From an uncultured Planctomycetaceae bacterium (GTDB lineage: Bacteria; Planctomycetota; Planctomycetia; Pirellulales; PALSA-1355), in assembly GCA_963785305.1 (NCBI GenBank), contig CAWAUV010000008.1:192001-256000 (forward strand): 64,000 bases of DNA. Direction: 5' to 3'. The notes beneath the pieces were generated by a model. That model saw only the letters and a program-made list of their open reading frames with translations. It was not told the DNA's origin and searched no databases. Both the position numbers and the translations under genes were made by a program. Of the stretch, positions 44,335-51,985 are shown piece after piece. The stretch's first letter is position 1; every line of letters starts with the position of its first letter.

Positions 44335-47300
44335 ATGGCAAGGCGCCTCCTCCCCAGACTTCGACGAACGGTCCCGATGAGCGAACGATCTCGCAACGTG
44401 GATTTCGAGCGACTGCCCGCGCGCCCAAAAACGCGTCGGTTGGCGTCGATGCTCGCGCGACTGGCGTTGAAGTTCGCGCGGCTGGCGCCGCTCGTCTGCG
44501 CGCTGGCGGCGATTCTGCCGGCGACGGGGTGCCACCGGGCGGCGTTTCGCATTCGCGCCAACAACGAAATGAAAGCGCTCATCACCGAAAAGTCGAACGA
44601 CCCGCGTTGGGAATTGCTCGACTTCACCTTGGAAATGGATTGCCGCTCGCGGTATTTCGATCCGACGAATGTCGATCGGCCGCCGATGCCGCAAGACGAC
44701 CCGGCCGGCCATCAGTTCATGCACTATGTGGCCGGTCACAAGGGCTCGCGGTGGTGGCATCGCTACGGCGATCAAAAATTTCTCGAAATGCCCAACTGGC
44801 GCGAGCGCTTGGGTGAATATGTCGAAGTCAACGACCGGGGCGAAGTCGTGCTCACGGTCGACGATTCGGTGCGGCTCGCGCGCTTGCATTCCGACGCCTT
44901 TCGCAACCAGCTCGAGACGATCTATCTCTCCTGTCTCGACGTGAGCACGGAGCGGTTCCAGTTCGTCACCCAATTCTATGGCGACACTCGCACAAGCTAT
45001 GTGCATCAAGGAACCCATGCCGTGAGCGCGTCGGCCCCGACTGCGTTTTCCGGGCAACAGAGCGCGACTCCCAGTATCGGCGCCATCAACGCCAGTCCAG
45101 CGCCCAACACGAACCCGACCGGCGCCGCCGCCGTGAATCCGCTGACCGGGCAGGTGCAGAATAGTTCTTATATTCAGGTGCAAAAGTACTTCGCCACCGG
45201 CGGCCAGTTCACGGCCGACCTGATCAACTCGTTCGCTTGGACCGTGGCTGGGCAAGAGCAAAGCAGTTACAACTCGCTGGCCAGCTTCAGCTTTATCCAG
45301 CCGCTCTTGCGCGGCGGCGGACGCGTCATCGCGCTCGAAACGCTGACGATCGTCGAACGCACGCTGCTCAACAACTTGCGGGCCTTCCAGCGCTATCGCC
45401 AAGGGCTCTACACGTTTTGCGCCGTGGGCGACAACACCGGCGTGGTCGGTCCGGTGCGCCGCGGTGGTTTGCTCGGCGGAACCGGTTTGACCGGATTCAG
45501 CGGCCAGGGCATCACCGGCCTCGGCGGCGTGGGCGCGGTGACCAATTACGGCGGCACGCTCACGCCCAGCACGCCGAGCAGCGCTGGCGCCGCCTATGGC
45601 TCGACCGGACTGGCCGGCGGCGGCGCCGGAACCGTCGGCGGAGTGTGGGGGCTCGTGCAGCAGCGCCAGCAAATTCACAACAGCGAAGACACCCTCGCCC
45701 TGCAAGAACGCACCCTCGGCCTGCTCGAAGCCAATCAGCAAGCCGGATTGCTCGATCTGGCCCAGGTCGATCAGTTTCGCCAAAACATTCAAACCGAGCG
45801 GGCCAACCTGCTCGGCGCTCGGGTGACGCTCAATAACGCGATCGACCAATTCAAGATCGCGCAGCTCGACTTTCCGCCCGACGTGGAATTGGCCCTCGAT
45901 GAAACTCCCATCAGCAAATTCCGGCTGATCGACCCGAAGACTCGCTCCTTGCAGTTTTCGCTCGAAGACTACGTGAAGCATGTCGGCGACCTGCCGCAAG
46001 CGCCGAGCGAATCGCAATTCAACCAAGCGGTCGAGCAGTTCGAGACCTTCCGCGAACCGATCGGGCAACGGTTCGCCGCGGCCAACAATGATTTGGCCAA
46101 GCTGCAACTGGCGCTACCGGCCCGCTTTCGCGACATGGACAAGGAGAAAGCCAACGACCTTCGCGAGGAACTGGCCAAGCTTGGCGACACCTATCTGGAA
46201 TTGCAAACCCGGCGCGACAAGGGCTTCGAACGCCTCGACAAACTTCACGCCGCCGCCCAAGCCCGACCCGACAATCTCGACCGGCTCACCGACGAACTGG
46301 TCGACTTGGCCAGCGGCATGAGCAGCCTCCTGGGCGAGCTCTCGCTGGTGCAAGCTCGCGCCAAGCTCGAAGCCATTTCGACCACGCGCATTCATCTCGA
46401 TCCGAAACGGGCTTTCAATATTGCCCGGGCCAACCGGCTCGATTGGATGAACAATCGCTCGCAGCTCGTCGACACCTGGCGACTGATCGCCTACAACGCC
46501 AACGCGCTGCTCTCGAACTTCAGCCTCACCTTTAGCGGCGACTTGGGCACCACGAGCAACAACCCGATCAAGTTCGCCGGCAGCACCGGGGCGCTCAAGG
46601 TCGGTTTCCAGTTCGATCCGCCATTTACCCGCCGCCTGGAGCGAAACAACTATGTGTCGTCGCTCGTGACTTATCAACAGGCGCGTCGCGATCTGTATCT
46701 GTACTATGACAGCGTCAATCAACTGCTGCGCCGCTATCTGCGCACGCTCAATCTGCTCGATAAGAATCTTGAAATTCAGCGCAGCGCGGTCATCATTGCC
46801 CTCCGCCGCGTGGACCAGACGCGCGAAGTGCTTAATAAGCCGCCCGAACCCGCGGCGCCGGGCATGCAGCAAACGCCGCTTTCCAGCACCGCGGCCATTT
46901 ACCTGCTCAACGCGCTGAGCGACTTGCGCAACGCGCAGAACAATTTCATGAGCGTGTGGGTCAATCATTACGCGCAGCGGATGCTGCTGATGCGCGACAT
47001 GGGCGTCATGGAGCTCGACAAGGACGGGCTCTGGATCGATCGCCGCTTCGAGGAGATGGATGTCTGCGAACAGGCCGATGCGTGGATGCCGCCGCCCGTG
47101 CCTTCGGCTTGGTTCCGCTTGGCCGGCATTGAAGACGAGCATCTATTGCGGATGCTGGCCGGTCCCGATTTCGAAAAATTCGATCGCGATGAAAGCGAGC
47201 CAGCCGCGGACTATGCGCCCGAGGAGCCGCGGAGATTGACGCCACCGCGAGCGAACTCGGCCGCTCCCGACGTCGTGAGGACTCCGCCTGTCGCCGGGGC

Positions 47301-47367
47301 CGGAGAAGCTCGCGTGCTCGAATTGGTGCGCAAGCTCGCGCGACGACGGCGCGGGTCCGGCCGATGA
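44335..47367 (+). CDS. large outer-membrane efflux (TolC-like) lipoprotein; C-terminal tail probably extends by frameshift to about 47585
   Basis: Lipobox ILPATGC; FSFIQPLLRGGG, NRLDWMNNR-QLVDTWR, FDPPFTRRLERNNY, AQNNFMSVW; upstream of the adaptor and ABC genes. Confidence 0.7.
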   Translation: MARRLLPRLRRTVPMSERSRNVDFERLPARPKTRRLASMLARLALKFARLAPLVCALAAILPATGCHRAAFRIRANNEMKALITEKSNDPRWELLDFTLEMDCRSRYFDPTNVDRPPMPQDDPAGHQFMHYVAGHKGSRWWHRYGDQKFLEMPNWRERLGEYVEVNDRGEVVLTVDDSVRLARLHSDAFRNQLETIYLSCLDVSTERFQFVTQFYGDTRTSYVHQGTHAVSASAPTAFSGQQSATPSIGAINASPAPNTNPTGAAAVNPLTGQVQNSSYIQVQKYFATGGQFTADLINSFAWTVAGQEQSSYNSLASFSFIQPLLRGGGRVIALETLTIVERTLLNNLRAFQRYRQGLYTFCAVGDNTGVVGPVRRGGLLGGTGLTGFSGQGITGLGGVGAVTNYGGTLTPSTPSSAGAAYGSTGLAGGGAGTVGGVWGLVQQRQQIHNSEDTLALQERTLGLLEANQQAGLLDLAQVDQFRQNIQTERANLLGARVTLNNAIDQFKIAQLDFPPDVELALDETPISKFRLIDPKTRSLQFSLEDYVKHVGDLPQAPSESQFNQAVEQFETFREPIGQRFAAANNDLAKLQLALPARFRDMDKEKANDLREELAKLGDTYLELQTRRDKGFERLDKLHAAAQARPDNLDRLTDELVDLASGMSSLLGELSLVQARAKLEAISTTRIHLDPKRAFNIARANRLDWMNNRSQLVDTWRLIAYNANALLSNFSLTFSGDLGTTSNNPIKFAGSTGALKVGFQFDPPFTRRLERNNYVSSLVTYQQARRDLYLYYDSVNQLLRRYLRTLNLLDKNLEIQRSAVIIALRRVDQTREVLNKPPEPAAPGMQQTPLSSTAAIYLLNALSDLRNAQNNFMSVWVNHYAQRMLLMRDMGVMELDKDGLWIDRRFEEMDVCEQADAWMPPPVPSAWFRLAGIEDEHLLRMLAGPDFEKFDRDESEPAADYAPEEPRRLTPPRANSAAPDVVRTPPVAGAGEARVLELVRKLARRRRGSGR

Positions 47368-47670
47368 AGCGGCGCCGTGGTCCGAGGCGACCGATGCCGA
47401 CCCGATGCCCTCGCCCGTTCGGCAAGCCGCCGCCACGGGCGAGGCCGACGATGCTTCGCCCGCCGAGGGATGGCGGCCGGTGCGGGTCGAAGAGGTCGAC
47501 GCGGAAACCTACGAGCGATCGAGCGCTTCGCGAGCGTCGTGGCACAAGGCCGGGGGAAAGAAATTGCGTTCGGCGGCGCCGTGAACGGGCGCGGCATATG
47601 CTTGAATAGACGACAGCTTATGTCGGTGAAAAGCTTGCTTCGGATCGCGCTGGGGGCGACAATAGCATAA

Positions 47671-47748
47671 GAGCCTATCCGACAAATTCGGCGAGCCCTC
47701 GCCCTACCCTCTCCCAAACGGGGAGAGGGGGATTTGTCGGATAGGCTC
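47671..47748. mobile_element. MITE-like element, 78 bp, with 17-bp perfect terminal inverted repeats
   Basis: GAGCCTATCCGACAAAT ... ATTTGTCGGATAGGCTC enclosing a CCCTCTCCC/GGGAGAGGG hairpin; flanks TAA and CAA. Confidence 0.7.
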
Positions 47749-47847
47749 CAAGACACCCGAGCGCTGCCCGCCCCGAATCGCCCTCGAGCGACAAGCTGGC
47801 GAAGCCGCTTGCCGCGCCGCCGCACCTTATTCCCTGGTCGTCCCCCA

Positions 47848-49728
47848 ATGGCTAGCCCGACTATTGAAAAACCACTGACGTTGGGAGCTCCCCGCGCCTT
47901 GCCACCGCCCTTGCGCCGCAAGCGATTTCCATGGCTGCGGATCGGGTTGGGGCCGCTCTTGATGCTTGCCCTCGTGCTCGGCGGGCTCTGGGGCGTTTGG
48001 CATTTCGGCACGTGGAACGTCCTCGATTGGTTCAGCAACAGCAAACCGCTCGAAGCCGGGGCCATGGTCGAGCAGGTGCGCGAGGGCGACCTCGTAATCA
48101 CGATCACGGAAGACGGCACATTGCAAAGCTCGAGCAACCTCGACATCAAATGCGAGGTTACCGGCGGAACCACGATCCTTTGGCTCGTGCAAGATGGCTC
48201 GCATGTCGATGAAGGCGACGAACTGGTGCGGCTTGATTCGTCGCTGATCGAAGAGCAAGTGAACACCCAAAAAATCGCCTATGAGCGTGCTCAAGCCACG
48301 CGCATCGAGGCCGAACGGCTCTTTTCGGCTTCGAAGATCGCCGTGCAGGAATACATCGAGGGCACGTACTTGCAGCAAATGCAAACGATCGAAGCCAATA
48401 TCACGATCGCCATGGAAAACCTGCGCAGCGCCGAGAACACCTACTACTACACCGAACGCATGGCGCGCAAGGGCTATGTCGCTTCGCTCCAGCGCGAGAG
48501 TCAAGCGTTTGCCGTCGAACGCTCGAAGCTCGATCTGGCCAATGCCCGCACCGCCAAGGAAGTGCTCGAGAAATTCACCCGCGCCAAGACGGTCGAAGAC
48601 CTCGAAAGCAAACGCGACACCGCCGAAGCCAAAATGCGGAGCGAGCAGGCCGCTTTCGAACTGGAAGAAGGCAAGCTCAAGCGGCTCACCAATCAGCTTG
48701 AAAAATGCACCATCCGGGCGCCGCGGGCCGGCATGGTCATCTACGCCAACGATCAACCCCGCTTCGGCAGCCAAGCCGTTAGTATCGAGGAAGGGGCCGC
48801 GGTCCGCCAAAGCCAGTCGATCTTGCGTCTGCCCGACCTGGACCACATGGAAGTCAAGACCTTGGTCCATGAATCGAAAGTCGAGCGGCTGCGGCTCGGC
48901 ATGCGGGCCCGAGTGCGAGTGCAGGGCGTCGATTACCAGGGAACGATTTCGTATATCGCGAACCAGGCCGAAGCCGCCAACTTTCTCGCCGCCAATGTCA
49001 AGGACTTCTCGACGATCGTGAAGATCGACGACGAGGAAATTCCCCACGATGGCGAACATCAGTTGCGGCCTGGCATGACGGCCAGCGTCGAGATTCTCGT
49101 GGCTCATATCCCCAACGCGCTGAGCGTGCCGATCATGTCGGTGCGTGAAATGGGATCGCACTCGTTTTGCTGGGTGAAAGAGGGCAATCGGGTCGTGCGA
49201 CGCGAGGTCGAAGTCGGGCAAAACAACGACAAAGTGATCGAGATCAAAACCGGCCTGACCGCGCAAGACTGGGTGCTACTGAATCCGGCGCCCTATGCGA
49301 GCGACTTGGCCATCGAATTCAAAGCCAAGGGCGAAACGATCGATGTCAAGCAGCGCTATGGCGACGCGCCCGAAAAGCCGAAGAAGGACCCCGCGGCGCG
49401 GAGCGGCGGCGCCGCGAATGGCGCTGCCCCGGGCGGCGGCGCCCCGGGCGGCGGCGGCTCAGGGGGTGGGCGCAATCGCAACATCATGCAGTTCGATAAA
49501 GATGGCGATGGCAAGGTCAGTCGCGAGGAAGCGCCCGAGGAAATGGCTCGCTTCTTTGATCGCGTCGACGAGAACCAAGATGGATTTATCGACCGCAAGG
49601 AAGCTGCCGCGGCCGCGGCGCGCCGCAAGCAGCGAGAGGCCGAAGCCGGCGGCGGCGCGGGTGCTGGCGGCGGCGGTAGTGGACCTCGAGCAGCGCCGAG
49701 CTCATGGCGGCCGATTCCCCCCGAATAA
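47848..49728 (+). CDS. efflux periplasmic adaptor (MacA/HlyD-like) with two C-terminal EF-hand motifs
   Basis: TM anchor; G--V--GDELVRLD, CTIRAPRAGMVIY, LRPGMTASVEI, VEVGQNND; DKDGDGKVSREE and DENQDGFIDRKE. Confidence 0.87.
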   Translation: MASPTIEKPLTLGAPRALPPPLRRKRFPWLRIGLGPLLMLALVLGGLWGVWHFGTWNVLDWFSNSKPLEAGAMVEQVREGDLVITITEDGTLQSSSNLDIKCEVTGGTTILWLVQDGSHVDEGDELVRLDSSLIEEQVNTQKIAYERAQATRIEAERLFSASKIAVQEYIEGTYLQQMQTIEANITIAMENLRSAENTYYYTERMARKGYVASLQRESQAFAVERSKLDLANARTAKEVLEKFTRAKTVEDLESKRDTAEAKMRSEQAAFELEEGKLKRLTNQLEKCTIRAPRAGMVIYANDQPRFGSQAVSIEEGAAVRQSQSILRLPDLDHMEVKTLVHESKVERLRLGMRARVRVQGVDYQGTISYIANQAEAANFLAANVKDFSTIVKIDDEEIPHDGEHQLRPGMTASVEILVAHIPNALSVPIMSVREMGSHSFCWVKEGNRVVRREVEVGQNNDKVIEIKTGLTAQDWVLLNPAPYASDLAIEFKAKGETIDVKQRYGDAPEKPKKDPAARSGGAANGAAPGGGAPGGGGSGGGRNRNIMQFDKDGDGKVSREEAPEEMARFFDRVDENQDGFIDRKEAAAAAARRKQREAEAGGGAGAGGGGSGPRAAPSSWRPIPPE

Positions 49729-49792
49729 TCGAGCGGCGAGCAATCCGGCGGCGCTCCCGTTTCCCCAACTCCCCGCAACGCGCTGCGTGCCC

Positions 49793-51124
49793 ATGATTCC
49801 ACGTTCCCGCTTCATGAACAGCTTGCGACTCGGCTTCAAGAGCCTGCTCCTGCACAAGCTGCGTTCGGGGCTCGCGATCTTGGGCATTTTCATCGGCGTC
49901 ACGGCCGTCATTTGGCTGGTGGCCATGGGCGAGGGCGTGAGCTATCAGGCGCAAAAGCAGATCAAGGAGTTGGGCGCCACGAACATCATCGTGCGTAATG
50001 TCAAACCGCCCCAAGAAGCCGTCAAAGGCGGACGCGGCATGACAATCCAACGCTATGGCTTGCTCCGCGAGGATTACGAACGCATCCGGTCGATTCCCAG
50101 CGTGATTCGAGCGGCCCCGCTCCGCGAAGTGCTCAGGCAATCGTTTCATCTCACGAATCGGGTAACGCTGCGCGTCGTGGGCTGCACGCCCGACTATCTC
50201 GAAATCAACAACCTCAAGATCGAGCGCGGCCGATTCCTCACCGACGAAGATCAAACCAAGCAAGAGAATTTCTGCGTGCTGGCGAGCGGCGCCGCCCAAG
50301 AGCTGTTTCACCAGGAAGATCCGATCGGCGAATCGGTGCAAATCGACAAGGATTTTTATATCGTCGTCGGCGTGACCGCGCAGCGCGACGCGACCGGCAA
50401 TGTCGGTGGCAGTTTCGCCTCGCAGGACTACAACCTCGACGCGTATATTCCCCTCAATAGCCTTCGTTGGCGAATCGGCGATCTGGTTGCCGTGCGGCCG
50501 GGCAGCCGCGACGGTGAAAATGTGCAACTCAGCCAGATCACCGTCACGGTGAAGGACCTCGGCGAGGTCGACGAGACCGCCTCCGTGATTCGCACCGTGC
50601 TCGAGCGCTATCATCCGCTGGTCGACTACGCGATCATCGTGCCCAAGGAGCTTCTGCGCCAGGCGGAAGTGCTGCAAATGATGTTCAATCTGCTGCTGGT
50701 GCTGATCGCCGGCATCGCGCTGTTGGTCGGCGGCATCGGCATCATGAACATCATGTTGGCCACGGTTACCGAGCGCACGCGCGAGATCGGCATCCGCCGC
50801 GCGCTGGGCGCCAAACAGCGCGATATCGTCGAGCAATTTCTCAGCGAAACCATCGTGCTTTCGGGCGCTGGCGGGTTGCTCGGCGTGGTGGTTGGGTTTT
50901 CCTGCAACTGGGTCGTCGCGGCGGTGCGGATCGTGATGTCCCATCTGCTGCCGAGCGTGATGGCGTCGCTGCCGCCGAATATCCGCGATCTCGAACCGCG
51001 CATCGCCGCGTGGAGCGTGGCCGCGGCGTTCTTGATTTCAGTCGCGGTCGGCGTGGTGTTCGGCCTGTATCCCGCCAGTCGCGCCGCGCGCATGGACCCG
51101 ATCGAGGCCCTGCGACACGAATAA
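49793..51124 (+). CDS. MacB/FtsX-like ABC transporter permease
   Basis: HKLRSGLAILGIFIGV, VGGIGIMNIMLATVTERTREIGIRRALGA, YPASRAARMDPIEALRHE. Confidence 0.93.
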   Translation: MIPRSRFMNSLRLGFKSLLLHKLRSGLAILGIFIGVTAVIWLVAMGEGVSYQAQKQIKELGATNIIVRNVKPPQEAVKGGRGMTIQRYGLLREDYERIRSIPSVIRAAPLREVLRQSFHLTNRVTLRVVGCTPDYLEINNLKIERGRFLTDEDQTKQENFCVLASGAAQELFHQEDPIGESVQIDKDFYIVVGVTAQRDATGNVGGSFASQDYNLDAYIPLNSLRWRIGDLVAVRPGSRDGENVQLSQITVTVKDLGEVDETASVIRTVLERYHPLVDYAIIVPKELLRQAEVLQMMFNLLLVLIAGIALLVGGIGIMNIMLATVTERTREIGIRRALGAKQRDIVEQFLSETIVLSGAGGLLGVVVGFSCNWVVAAVRIVMSHLLPSVMASLPPNIRDLEPRIAAWSVAAAFLISVAVGVVFGLYPASRAARMDPIEALRHE

Positions 51125-51207
51125 GTCGCCACGCCGCGCTCGCCGGAAAACGTTCGCCCACGCACGCCCGGATCGCCTTTTCCCCCAGGGAGTTTGCAAC
51201 CTTGCGA

Positions 51208-51906
51208 ATGGCCGCCCAAGTGGTGAATGTCACCAAGGAATACCGACTCGCCGGCGGCGTGGTGCATGCGCTGCGCGGCGTGTCGCTCGATGTGCCCGAG
51301 GGCGATTTTGTCGCGATCATGGGCCAGTCGGGCTCCGGCAAGAGCACCATGCTCAACATGCTCGGGTGCCTCGACCGGCCCACGAGCGGCTCCTACATTC
51401 TGGCCGGCCAAGATGTTTCGCGGCTCTCGGACGACGAGCTCTCCGATATCCGTTGCCGTTACTTGGGCTTTATCTTTCAGTCGTACAATCTGATCCAAAC
51501 GCTCACGGTGGTTGAAAACATCGCCCTGCCGCTCCAATATCAAGACAACGTGACGGCCGCCACGCTCCGCAAGTGCGTCGATCTGGCCAAGCTCGTTGGC
51601 CTGTGCGAGCGATTGGATCATCGACCGATGCAACTCTCCGGCGGTCAACAGCAGCGGGTGGCGATTGCCCGTTCGCTGGTCAACGATCCGCAAGTGATCT
51701 TGGCCGACGAGCCCACCGGCAACCTCGATTCGGCCACGGGCGACGAGATCATGGCGATGCTCGATAGCCTGAATCGCGGCGGAAAAACAATTATCATGGT
51801 GACGCACGAGCCCGATATCGCCGCCAAGGCGCATCGCACGATTCGCATGCGCGATGGGCTGGTCGAGCATGCCGATCCGTATGTGCCGCGAGCGCATGAG
51901 GCCTGA
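51208..51906 (+). CDS. MacB/LolD-like ABC transporter ATP-binding protein
   Basis: [38 protein letters not shown]. Confidence 0.93.
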   Translation: MAAQVVNVTKEYRLAGGVVHALRGVSLDVPEGDFVAIMGQSGSGKSTMLNMLGCLDRPTSGSYILAGQDVSRLSDDELSDIRCRYLGFIFQSYNLIQTLTVVENIALPLQYQDNVTAATLRKCVDLAKLVGLCERLDHRPMQLSGGQQQRVAIARSLVNDPQVILADEPTGNLDSATGDEIMAMLDSLNRGGKTIIMVTHEPDIAAKAHRTIRMRDGLVEHADPYVPRAHEA

Positions 51907-51985
51907 CATCCTTCTTGAGCCGCGGAGCTCCGTGTTCCCTGCTCTCCGCGCCTTGCTTCAATTTTCTGAAAGGACCGCTCCCACG

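Noticed and set aside
780..47600. Frameshifts in about a dozen genes (CxxCH protein, pstA, mscS, DUF1598, wzc, exosortase, wza, MFS permease, dnaE2 and others) as mass pseudogenisation or programmed recoding
   Set aside because: They are scattered over unrelated genes, fall in GC-rich runs and come without in-frame stops or sequence decay; long-read indel error is the simplest explanation
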